NCBI GenBank assembly: GCA_036396095.1
Contig: DASWLM010000021.1
Coordinates: 9,071-73,070, forward strand
Reading direction: 5' to 3'
Length of the DNA: 64,000 nt
Origin: Dehalococcoidales bacterium
GTDB taxonomy: Bacteria > Chloroflexota > Dehalococcoidia > Dehalococcoidales > Fen-1064
Shown here: one piece after another, positions 36,506 through 45,024 of the stretch
How positions within the stretch are numbered: the first letter of the stretch is position 1
Layout: each line of letters starts with the position of its first letter
Position numbers and translations under genes: made by a program
The notes under the pieces: model-generated
Seen by the model: only the letters and a program-made list of their open reading frames with translations
Databases searched by the model: none
What the model was told of the DNA's origin: nothing

Positions 36506-38083
36506 CTACTCCCGAATCACTTTGCTTTTATGGGCGATGAAGTCCGTCAGAAGATAGCGTCCCAGTGTTTGTGCGCTGGTGAAAAACACTCGTCCCCGGT
36601 TAATCTTTGCCAGTCCGTTGATAAACTCCTCCGTAAAATCAGCCCCTTCGAAAATGAAAGCGTTGATAGTAATGCCATCTTCGGTGCAGTTTCTCACTTC
36701 GGCGAGCGTCATCTGACGGGTATGTTGGGTGGGGGGATATTGAGAGAAAACAGCGCCGTTTTCAATATGGGCAGTGGGTTCGCCATCCGTAATCAGGATA
36801 ATATGTTTATTTGCACTCGCTTCCCTGGCAAGCAACCGCCGCGCCAACCACAACCCGTGCTGGATGTTGGTGTGGCGGTCGCGGTTATCCCAGCCCATGG
36901 TGGGTAGGTCATCCGGCGCAATCTGCCGTGCGTAAGTAGAGAAACCGACTACATACAGGCTATCTGTGGGGAAGCTTGTCCTGATAAGCTCGGTGAGAGC
37001 CAGCGCTACCCGCTTCGCCGATTGAAAATTGCCGTGCCGCGGCATAGAACGACTTAGGTCAAGCAGGAGAACAGTCGCCGCGCGTGTCATCGGCTCAGTT
37101 TTCACCGTTTCGAAATCGGCCGGCGTGAGAGTGAGAGGCGGGTGCTGTGGTTCGCGAAGCAAAGAGTTCATGACAGTATTCAAGAGATGTAGATTGAAAT
37201 CATCGCCGAATTCATATTTTTTGGTCTCCTCGAGGCGCATGCCGCCGACACTGCTACGGTTAAGGTTATGATTGCCCGCACTGTCTCTCCTCAACTGCGC
37301 GTAAATTTCCTCCAGCGCTTTTTGCCCGATTCTGCGGATGGCACGTGGCGTCAGTTCGTGCCCCTTATCTGTCTCCCGAATATAACCGGCATTGAGCAAA
37401 AGAGAGTCAAGACAGCGAAGCCGTTCCATCCCGGCTAATGCTTCCTCACCTAGCACCTCCCCGACAAGATTCGGGTCAAGCCCATCCAGTGAATGACGAC
37501 GCTGATTCTGTTTCAATTGGGCTTCGAGCCTATCCATTCTCTGCAGAAGAACCGGTAACTTCAGAGCATCGTTGGGTGTAAGTTGCTCTTTATTATTCTG
37601 TGATTCCGCACCTTTCTCCATACCCATGTCAGTGGGTTTATTGCCACTACCCCCCAGTGATTCAAAGGAATTGTTTTGCAGAGCGGACAGCAGGCGTTCC
37701 AGTTCCCGGCGGGCATCCGTGTTGGAAAAACGGTGCTGTTTCAGCATCTCCAGTTGCCGGTCGATGTCTTCTGGCAGGTCAGTCAGTTGTTCCTTATCAA
37801 TGATTTTTTCCAGTTGACGACGGATAGCACGAGTAACCGAGGAAAAATCAAAGCGGTTTTGAAGCTCTTGTTTCTTTTGCTCCAGGCGCTGGTAGAGTTC
37901 ACGGTTGCCGGCGAGGTGTCTGCCTTCACTGTCCTCGATGCCCTCTCTCTGCATTTTCCATAACGCAGTTGTCAGGTCACCGTAAGCAGTTAGGTTGCGT
38001 TCAAGCTCAGTAAGCAGCCTGTCTTTATCGAGGTCGGGGAAATCCTGCCGACCATCCCAAGTGGTATAGCGATAGATACCCAT
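36506..38083 (-). CDS. von Willebrand factor A (VWA) domain protein with N-terminal coiled-coil region
   Basis: MIDAS-type VLLLDLSRSM motif and a C-terminal VWA fold pattern (IILITDGEPTAH). Confidence 0.8.
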   Translation of the reverse strand: MGIYRYTTWDGRQDFPDLDKDRLLTELERNLTAYGDLTTALWKMQREGIEDSEGRHLAGNRELYQRLEQKKQELQNRFDFSSVTRAIRRQLEKIIDKEQLTDLPEDIDRQLEMLKQHRFSNTDARRELERLLSALQNNSFESLGGSGNKPTDMGMEKGAESQNNKEQLTPNDALKLPVLLQRMDRLEAQLKQNQRRHSLDGLDPNLVGEVLGEEALAGMERLRCLDSLLLNAGYIRETDKGHELTPRAIRRIGQKALEEIYAQLRRDSAGNHNLNRSSVGGMRLEETKKYEFGDDFNLHLLNTVMNSLLREPQHPPLTLTPADFETVKTEPMTRAATVLLLDLSRSMPRHGNFQSAKRVALALTELIRTSFPTDSLYVVGFSTYARQIAPDDLPTMGWDNRDRHTNIQHGLWLARRLLAREASANKHIILITDGEPTAHIENGAVFSQYPPTQHTRQMTLAEVRNCTEDGITINAFIFEGADFTEEFINGLAKINRGRVFFTSAQTLGRYLLTDFIAHKSKVIRE

Positions 38084-38092
38084 AACTCACGA

Positions 38093-39031
38093 CTATATCA
38101 ATCCGTTTTCCATATCCTGTTTCATCAGGCGGATAAGCTCGCTGTTGAAGTGGTGCAGAAATTTTTTCCCTTTATCACCTGACCAATCGTAAAAACCTTT
38201 TCCGCTCTCAATCCCCAGATCGCCGCGTTCCACGTGCTCGGCGATTGGTTTCCAGGCTTGGCCACCGCGTCCTTTCGCAGCATTGTACGAAAAGTCCAAT
38301 CCTCTCACGTCGGCCTGTTTGAAATAGGCGGTATAAGCCATCCGCCGTCCGAAACCAAACTGGATCACATCGTCAATCATTTCCGGTGTGGCAATACCTT
38401 TATCGACAAGGGTTTGAACTTCTCTGGCAATCGACCCCTGAATGCGGTTGCCGATAAAGCCCGGCAGTTCAATCGGGATGAAAACGACCTTTTTACGCAT
38501 ACCACGAAGTAGTGCAATTGTTTTCTCCGTGAGAGCGGGGTCGGTTTTTTCTGTTGGGACTACCTCAACCAGGGGAACAAAGTGAGGCGGCTGGAAGTAA
38601 TGCGTGGCAAGGACTCGTTCCGGGTGAGCGGTGGCGGAGGCGATGTCTGTCACCCTTAAGCCCGAGGTATTTGTGGCGAGTATGACGGGTGGCGGGCAGA
38701 TTTTATCAAGTTTCGCGAAAACCTCTTGTTTCAGGGAGAGCAATTCCGAAACAGATTCGAGGACGAAATCCGCATCCTTCGCTGCTTCTTCTATATCGTT
38801 GGTGGGGTGCAGTCTTTTATAAGCGGCGTCAGCATCCTGTTTAGTAATGAGTTCCGTCTCTACCATTAAATCCAGCGCTTCCTTTGCCCACACCATCGAG
38901 CGCTGACTTGTTTCTTTGCGTGTATTGTACATGGTCACGTCGTAACCAAACCGTGCGAATTCCGTGGCAACCCCGAAACCCATCAATCCCGCCCCGATTA
39001 CCGCCACACGCTTGATTTCCTTCCCGTTCAT
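38093..39031 (-). CDS. 3-hydroxyacyl-CoA dehydrogenase family protein
   Basis: Rossmann VAVIGAGLMGFG at the N-terminus. 3HCDH N- and C-domain pattern (ATNTSGL, HYFQPP). Confidence 0.85.
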   Translation of the reverse strand: MNGKEIKRVAVIGAGLMGFGVATEFARFGYDVTMYNTRKETSQRSMVWAKEALDLMVETELITKQDADAAYKRLHPTNDIEEAAKDADFVLESVSELLSLKQEVFAKLDKICPPPVILATNTSGLRVTDIASATAHPERVLATHYFQPPHFVPLVEVVPTEKTDPALTEKTIALLRGMRKKVVFIPIELPGFIGNRIQGSIAREVQTLVDKGIATPEMIDDVIQFGFGRRMAYTAYFKQADVRGLDFSYNAAKGRGGQAWKPIAEHVERGDLGIESGKGFYDWSGDKGKKFLHHFNSELIRLMKQDMENGLI

Positions 39032-39180
39032 AATAATTTCCTCGCTTTCCAGACTCCATAAATACTACGATTACTATAGACAGGAGTTAGGTAGCTGTCA
39101 ACAAATTACCACATTTATTGCGTCGTGCTAGAATACGGTTGGTCAGTTTTATGAAGAGGTTTTAATCAGGAGGGAACAGT

Positions 39181-39942
39181 ATGAAAATATATGACCTCAG
39201 TGTAACTCTGGAACCCAGGGAAAAGGTGCAGGCTTTCGGTGTTGAGATTGAGTACCGCTCTCATGACGCGGGTAGCAAAGAGATGTTATCCATCTTTAAT
39301 TGTCTTGAAAGCGATTTACCAGCTGGAAAAGGCTGGGCAACTGAGAGGCTGAAATTGGGCACCCATGACGGCACACACATCGATGCCCCGTGGCATTATG
39401 GACCAACATCTCAAGGCGAAAAAGCCAGGTCAATCGATGAGTGCCCTGTCGACTGGTTTTATGGGGATGGTGTGGTTCTTGATATGAGACATAAACCTCA
39501 GGGAAGTGGTGTCACAGTAATTGACCTCAGAACAGCCCTGAATAAGATTAACTACCGACTCAAACCTGGCGACATCGTCTGTTTGCAGACTGGTGCCGAT
39601 AGTTATTGGTGTACTCGTGAGTACTCGAATATGGGCTGCGGTCTGGTCCGCGAGTCCACAATCTGGTTAATCGAGCAGGGGGTCAGGATTATCGGTACGG
39701 ATGCATGGGGTCTCGACCGACCTTTTTATGCCATCCGTGAAGAATTCATGAAGACGAAAGACCGGAGCATTATCTGGTGCGCACATTACGCTGGAATTGA
39801 GAAGGAGTATTGCCAGATTGAGAAACTGGCTAATCTGGACAAGTTGCCACGGGCATACGGTTTTAAAATTGCCTGCTTTCCGATAAAAATACGTGGCGCT
39901 AGCGGTGCCTGGACACGAGTAGTAGCTATTTTTGAAGATTAG
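39181..39942 (+). CDS. Cyclase-family protein (kynurenine-formamidase-like)
   Basis: HDGTHIDAPWH metal-binding motif. Confidence 0.8.
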   Translation: MKIYDLSVTLEPREKVQAFGVEIEYRSHDAGSKEMLSIFNCLESDLPAGKGWATERLKLGTHDGTHIDAPWHYGPTSQGEKARSIDECPVDWFYGDGVVLDMRHKPQGSGVTVIDLRTALNKINYRLKPGDIVCLQTGADSYWCTREYSNMGCGLVRESTIWLIEQGVRIIGTDAWGLDRPFYAIREEFMKTKDRSIIWCAHYAGIEKEYCQIEKLANLDKLPRAYGFKIACFPIKIRGASGAWTRVVAIFED

Positions 39943-40074
39943 TAAGCTCGGAACTAGAATACAGAATGGGTTGAATTAGTGAGAGATTCGGAGACTTCAG
40001 AAAGTGAAACTAGGCTTGATTGCGGAGCCGTTATTGTGCTAACTTAATAGTCAGCGAATAAAAAGGAGAAAGGT

Positions 40075-40815
40075 ATGGGTATAGTTAATATTTCGTTGAA
40101 AGGTAAAGTGGCACTGATTACAGGCGGTAGCCGTGGCATCGGAGAGGCGATTGCGATGGCATTTGCCGAGCAGGGCGCTGATGTCGCCATTTCGGCACGG
40201 AAACTACCCGACCTCGAAACTGTTGCCAAGGCAATCGAAGCAAAGGGGCGAAGGAGCCTTCCGGTTGCTTCACATATTGGTAAACCGGAGGAAATAAAAA
40301 GCCTGGTAGAGCAGGTCAAAGCGAAGTTCGGACGTATCGATATTCTGGTGAATAATGCCGGCACGAATCCCTACAACGGACCATTACTCGATGCCGAGGA
40401 ATGGGCATGGGATGTCACCAATAATGTCAATCTCAAGGGCCCATTTTTGCTCAGTGTAGCAGTAGCCAGGTTAATGAAAGAGCAGGGAGGCGGTAATATT
40501 ATCAATATCGCCTCGGCGGCTGGTATCTCACCCAGCTCACTCCATATTTACAGCATCACCAAAGCCGCTGTCATCATGATGACGCGGGTGATGGCTCAGG
40601 AATTTGCGTCTCTCCATATCCGGGTGAATGCAATCGCGCCGGGTGTTGTCAAAACCAGGCTGGCTGAGGCATTGTGGAAGAACTCACCGGATACATCGCG
40701 CATTCCCGTACCGGAAGATATCGCCGGGACAGCCGTTTACCTGGCATCGGATGCGTCAAAGCTCGTCAACGGTCAAACGATTATGGTTGCCGGCGGCGGT
40801 GGCTTCCGTGAGTAG
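40075..40815 (+). CDS. Short-chain dehydrogenase/reductase (FabG-like)
   Basis: TGGSRGIG, NNAG and YSITKAA (YxxxK) motifs. Confidence 0.9.
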   Translation: MGIVNISLKGKVALITGGSRGIGEAIAMAFAEQGADVAISARKLPDLETVAKAIEAKGRRSLPVASHIGKPEEIKSLVEQVKAKFGRIDILVNNAGTNPYNGPLLDAEEWAWDVTNNVNLKGPFLLSVAVARLMKEQGGGNIINIASAAGISPSSLHIYSITKAAVIMMTRVMAQEFASLHIRVNAIAPGVVKTRLAEALWKNSPDTSRIPVPEDIAGTAVYLASDASKLVNGQTIMVAGGGGFRE

Positions 40816-40830
40816 TGAATAATTCACTGT

Positions 40831-40898
40831 CTTGTCAGTCATTGCGAGAAAAGCGTGGCAATCTCAGGGAGGGGAGGCTTGAATGTCCTCCTCTCCTG
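40831..40898. repeat. REP/MITE-like intergenic element plus a 10-bp G/C-rich hairpin
   Basis: CTTGTCAGTCATTGCGAG...GCAATCTCAGGG is related to 42206-42288. GGAGGGGAGG / CCTCCTCTCC forms a stem with one G-U pair. Confidence 0.45.
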
Positions 40899-41015
40899 TA
40901 CGTTTAGATGTCATCAGGCTGACAAAAGGGGCATGATTTCGCTCTCAAATCACTACGGTTGTCTTGCTCCACTTCTATCGCTATAATTGTGGTAGAAAAT
41001 CCGGAGTGGTGACAC

Positions 41016-42155
41016 GTGTTCTTTGAACCTTTCGAACAGGGTCCTATCCGTCCCCCGAGCGAAGCTTATTCACTGCTCATCCGAGCGACGCGTAATTGCC
41101 CGTGGAACCGCTGTCGTTTCTGCAGTACCTATAAAGGCAACAAGTTCGAACTGCGACCCGTCGAAGAAATCAAGCAGGACATTCTCAAAGTCAAGCAGAT
41201 TCAGGATGAAATCAAAGCTCTTACTCTGAGGCAGGGTTATGGCATTAATGTGCGACCGGCAGTGCTTGCCGTCTTACGGAATCCCCCCAGCCAGGCACAC
41301 TATAATGTCGCGCTCTGGATGCAATCCGGCAGTCAGAATGTCTTTTTACAGGACGCCAATAGCATCATCATGCGCACACCCGACCTGGTCGAAGTCCTGA
41401 AATTTCTCAAGGAAACCCTACCGACAGTCAACCGCATCACCAGCTACGGTCGCTCTCATACAGCCGCACATAAGACGCCCGATGAATTGAAGGCAATCCA
41501 CGAGGCAGGGCTGAGCCGTTTGCACATCGGGCTGGAGTCCGGGAGTGACACCATCCTGAAAATAATGAATAAGGGTGTGACGGCTGAACAGCATATTGCG
41601 GGCGGGCAGAATGTGGTGGCATCGGGGATTTCACTTTCCGAATATGTTTTGCTGGGATTAGGGGGACAGGGGTTGTGGCATGAGCACGCCCTCGAAACGG
41701 CGAGAGTATTGAGCGCCATCAATCCCGACTTCATCCGCATCCGCACACTCGGCATTTATCCGGGACTGGAGATGTACGCTGATGTCGAGAGCGGTGCTTT
41801 CGTGAGACAGTCCGATGAGGGGATGGTTGAGGAATTACGGCTAATAATTGAGAACTTGGACTGCACGAGTAATCTGGTAAGCGACCACAGTGGCAATCTG
41901 CTCGAGGAGGTTACAGGCAAACTGCCGGAGGATAAGTCAAAGATGTTGGGTATCATAGCACAGTATCAGTCCTTGCCGCCGCAAGAGCGTTTGCACTTCC
42001 GTGTGGGCAGACGTGCCGGTGTTTATGTTAGTCTTGATGAGATGAAAGACCCCCGCAAGCGTGCGACAGTCGCCGGGATAATCGACCGCTTGAGCAATGG
42101 CACGGGTGAAGTGGATGACGACCTCGTTCACCAGATGAGGCTGGCGTATACGTAA
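41016..42155 (+). CDS. Radical SAM family protein with non-canonical CX4CX2C cluster motif
   Basis: RNCPWNRCRFCSTY, read directly from the codons at 41091-41132. GTG start. The TIM-barrel-like remainder includes LHIGLESGS. Confidence 0.7.
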   Translation: MFFEPFEQGPIRPPSEAYSLLIRATRNCPWNRCRFCSTYKGNKFELRPVEEIKQDILKVKQIQDEIKALTLRQGYGINVRPAVLAVLRNPPSQAHYNVALWMQSGSQNVFLQDANSIIMRTPDLVEVLKFLKETLPTVNRITSYGRSHTAAHKTPDELKAIHEAGLSRLHIGLESGSDTILKIMNKGVTAEQHIAGGQNVVASGISLSEYVLLGLGGQGLWHEHALETARVLSAINPDFIRIRTLGIYPGLEMYADVESGAFVRQSDEGMVEELRLIIENLDCTSNLVSDHSGNLLEEVTGKLPEDKSKMLGIIAQYQSLPPQERLHFRVGRRAGVYVSLDEMKDPRKRATVAGIIDRLSNGTGEVDDDLVHQMRLAYT

Positions 42156-42158
42156 AAG

Positions 42159-42193
42159 AAAAGTCAAAAGTTAAAGGTCAAAGGTCAAAAGTG
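42159..42193. repeat. Five tandem heptanucleotide units
   Basis: AAAAGTC AAAAGTT AAAGGTC AAAGGTC AAAAGTG, immediately after the radical SAM stop codon. Confidence 0.8.
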
Positions 42194-42205
42194 AATACCC
42201 ACCAT

Positions 42206-42288
42206 CTTGTCATTCTGAGGTTACGAAGTACCCGAAGAATCTAGTCCCCTCCACCCACGAGACCCATTCGCTTCGCTCAGGGTGACAA
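42206..42288. repeat. REP/MITE-like element with imperfect terminal inverted repeats
   Basis: The left end GTCATTCTGAG and right end CTCAGGGTGAC are inverted with 8 of 11 matching. The internal ATTCT...AGAAT is also self-complementary. Confidence 0.5.
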
Positions 42289-42298
42289 CTAAGAAAAC

Positions 42299-42778
42299 AT
42301 GGAAAACGTAGCACAGGAACTCGTTAATCTTCTCCGTAAGAAAGGACTGACCCTTGGTGTGGTGGAGTCCGCTACCGGCGGCTTGATATCTCATCTCATT
42401 ACCAATGTCCCCGGCAGTTCCGATGTCTACCTTGGCTCCATTACCTCTTACAGCAACGATGTGAAAATCAGAGTGGTGGGGGTGAAGGCAGAGACCATTG
42501 AGAAACACGGTGCGGTCAGTGCGCAGATTGCCAAGCAGATGGCGGCGGGCGGCAGAAAGGTGTTAGGCGCGGATATCTGTGTGGCGGATACAGGCACTGC
42601 CGGACCGACTGGTGCTACACCCAATAAACCAGTGGGATTATTTTACATCGGGTTATCCCACGCGGGCGGGACATTCAGCCGCAAACACCTCTTCCACGGC
42701 ACGCGTGAAGAAAATAAGTTGTTTACGGCGCTGGCGGCGCTGGGGTGGGTGGGGGAGTGGCTAAGCAAATTGCAGTAG
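42299..42778 (+). CDS. CinA C-terminal domain / nicotinamide-nucleotide amidohydrolase (PncC-like)
   Basis: ESATGGLISHLITNVPGSS, G.ITYSN and TGTAGP motifs. Confidence 0.85.
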   Translation: MENVAQELVNLLRKKGLTLGVVESATGGLISHLITNVPGSSDVYLGSITSYSNDVKIRVVGVKAETIEKHGAVSAQIAKQMAAGGRKVLGADICVADTGTAGPTGATPNKPVGLFYIGLSHAGGTFSRKHLFHGTREENKLFTALAALGWVGEWLSKLQ

Positions 42779-42893
42779 GTATTTCATTTTTCATCCTTTT
42801 CCTACATTATAATTTCCAGTAGTTGAGAAAATAGTGTCCGAGTATTAGAATTAAGAACCCGACAGACAAAATAAGTGAATAGGCAGGATAAAG

Positions 42894-43871
42894 ATGGGGA
42901 GCCATATATTCCTGGTAGGTCAAGAAAACTTTAAAAAATGCCTCGAGTTAGGTGTATATGGGGGTGCCTCTCAGCCACTTGAAAGAATCAACTCTGAGGT
43001 TGTAGCCGGTTTTGAAGGCATCAAACCAGGAGATTTCATATTCTTCTATGTTAGAAATGTTGGGGTTTATGGTTTATGGAAAGCCACGAGTTTTTCATTC
43101 TTTGATGAAACTGATATTTGGGGTGGTAATGATCAAAAGTATCCGTATCGGGTCTGTTTTGAACCTTCAATTCGCCATTTCCCAAGACCAATAGCTCTCA
43201 GTGACATTCTTGATTTACAGGACAGAGGCAGAATTTGGACATTCGAATTGGGTGCTATGCGTACGAAAAATCATAATCCTATTACAACTGAGGAGAGCAA
43301 AGAACTAATACGTCTGTTATTGAGGAATAATCCTATATTCCGCTCTGTACAGAGCATAATAAATCCTTATCCTAAAAAGGATGCTGAACTGCCTCTGAGT
43401 CTGGAGACGGATAACAAAGGGCATATCAAATACGAGGGTTATTTAAGCGCTTGGTTTATGAAGAATTTGGCTCTTGGTAAAATGAAGGAAATTATTGGAG
43501 AGTATGCTGACTTTCTGAATCTTGTCCCAACATCTTTCAACAAGGTAATGGATATTTTTCTTACTCATGTTACCTCAGTTGATGGTGTTGACATCCTTCA
43601 CAATTTCACATGTATCGAACTCAAAACAGATATTTGTGTAGAGGAAAACCTGAACCAGATTATCAAATATGAGAATTGGCTTGTAAGGAAGCTCGCTAGT
43701 GGTGATAATGAAATGGTTCAGAGTATATTGGTTGGCTATGATTTCCACGAAAAAGTATTAGAATACGTTCGAAAAAGAAAGCTCATTGAAGAGAAAGTAG
43801 TTAGATTATTTAAGTATAGAGTTAATTCCGCACAAAATGACATTACTCTCCAAGAAGTAATATTTGATTAA
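42894..43871 (+). CDS. PUA-like (EVE/ASCH-type) domain fused to a NucS/DUF91-like PD-(D/E)xK nuclease domain
   Basis: N-terminus: IFLVG...GIKPGDFIFFYV...GLWKATS...IWGG...YPYRV. C-terminus: MDIFL...(21 aa)...CIELKTD...QIIKYENWL. AT-rich. Confidence 0.55.
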   Translation: MGSHIFLVGQENFKKCLELGVYGGASQPLERINSEVVAGFEGIKPGDFIFFYVRNVGVYGLWKATSFSFFDETDIWGGNDQKYPYRVCFEPSIRHFPRPIALSDILDLQDRGRIWTFELGAMRTKNHNPITTEESKELIRLLLRNNPIFRSVQSIINPYPKKDAELPLSLETDNKGHIKYEGYLSAWFMKNLALGKMKEIIGEYADFLNLVPTSFNKVMDIFLTHVTSVDGVDILHNFTCIELKTDICVEENLNQIIKYENWLVRKLASGDNEMVQSILVGYDFHEKVLEYVRKRKLIEEKVVRLFKYRVNSAQNDITLQEVIFD

Positions 43872-43941
43872 TGCTGTTGGCTTAGCATACCAATTTCTCT
43901 ACCTATATTGTCCTCATTTCTCTCCGTAAAGAATTTACCGG

Positions 43942-43969
43942 TTGACAAATCTCTTTTTTCCGGTATAAT
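43942..43969 (+). promoter_or_regulatory. Near-consensus promoter of ORF 44007..44585
   Basis: TTGACA-16 nt-TATAAT. It is overlapped and flanked by CCGGTT/CCGGTA/CCGGTT/TCGGTA repeats. Confidence 0.55.
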
Positions 43970-44006
43970 AATCCGGTTATCATCGTCGGTATCGTGGGGG
44001 GAGTGA

Positions 44007-44585
44007 ATGGACGATTCAATTGCAGAGACCGTAGAGGAAGAACACTCTAAATCATGGGATAACTTTCTATTTAAGAACTTCAAGCCGTTTGTCACCTATG
44101 TTCTTAGGAGAGAAGTGCCCGCTTTAGGGCTAAAATTCGCTGAAATTGGAAAATTTCGTGGAAAGAGGAATAAACACATATCTTTGGAAACCGATAGTGT
44201 GCTGAGACATATACTTGTGGACTACGGAGAGGCAATGCTCATTCCCGATGTGGATATGGCGTTCTATAGGCCTAAGTCGTTCGATGTATTGGCAGTCTGT
44301 ATCATTCGACCCGTTTCAAAAACATCCGTTATTGATGCGATGTATTGGAAAACTAAGTTGTTGGAATCTGAATTGACAAGTCATATCAAGTTATTGTTCA
44401 TTACACTAAGAGAATCATCATTTCTACGTAGTGAGGCATACTTCTCTTTAATAAAAGCCAAGGCTGTTCTATCGCAAAATGTTGATTGTCTGTACATGCT
44501 GTCAGAAGATACAATTGAAGAAACTGAAAATATAAAATCATTTGATAAATTTTTCCCGGACTTGAAGGCATTAGTAAAACAATGA
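44007..44585 (+). CDS. Hypothetical protein (weak hint of a PD-...-SK nuclease-like core)
   Basis: 192 aa and AT-rich. Contains LIPDVDMAFY...(12 aa)...AVCIIRPVSKTS. Its stop overlaps the NUDIX start as ATGA. Confidence 0.45.
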   Translation: MDDSIAETVEEEHSKSWDNFLFKNFKPFVTYVLRREVPALGLKFAEIGKFRGKRNKHISLETDSVLRHILVDYGEAMLIPDVDMAFYRPKSFDVLAVCIIRPVSKTSVIDAMYWKTKLLESELTSHIKLLFITLRESSFLRSEAYFSLIKAKAVLSQNVDCLYMLSEDTIEETENIKSFDKFFPDLKALVKQ

Positions 44586-45010
44586 CCATCGAACCTAATC
44601 TCACCCCCACCCCCGTCGTGACCTGCTTTCTGGAGTCGGAGGGGAAGATTTTACTTCTGCGGCGCAGTGAGCAGGTAAGTAGCTACCGTGGCAAGTGGGC
44701 GGGCGTCAGCGGCTACCTTGAAGGCGAGCCGGATGCGCAAGCTCTCACGGAAATCGCCGAGGAAACGGGTCTGCAACTAAAGGATATTTCACTTGTTAAG
44801 AAAGGTAAACCAGTCCTCATTGATGATAAAGATACAGGCGCGCGCTGGCTGGTTTATCCCTATTTGTTTCACGTCAAAGATAGTAGTAAAATCAAACTTG
44901 ACTGGGAGCACAGAGAAACCCGCTGGGTGAAAACGGCGGAGATTAAGCGCTACGCAACGGTGCCCGGCTTGAAGAAGGCGCTGGCGATGGTGTACGATTC
45001 TACCGATTGA
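44582..45010 (+). CDS. NUDIX hydrolase
   Basis: Nudix-like box GVSGYLEGEPDAQALTEIAEETGL. Confidence 0.75.
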   Translation: MTIEPNLTPTPVVTCFLESEGKILLLRRSEQVSSYRGKWAGVSGYLEGEPDAQALTEIAEETGLQLKDISLVKKGKPVLIDDKDTGARWLVYPYLFHVKDSSKIKLDWEHRETRWVKTAEIKRYATVPGLKKALAMVYDSTD

Positions 45011-45024
45011 AGGGAGGATACGCA

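Noticed and set aside
43868-44095. Minus-strand 75-aa ORF between the EVE-nuclease gene and its partner.
   Set aside because: It overlaps the consensus plus-strand promoter and the 5' end of ORF 44007..44585. It has no SD and a low-complexity product, so it is probably spurious.
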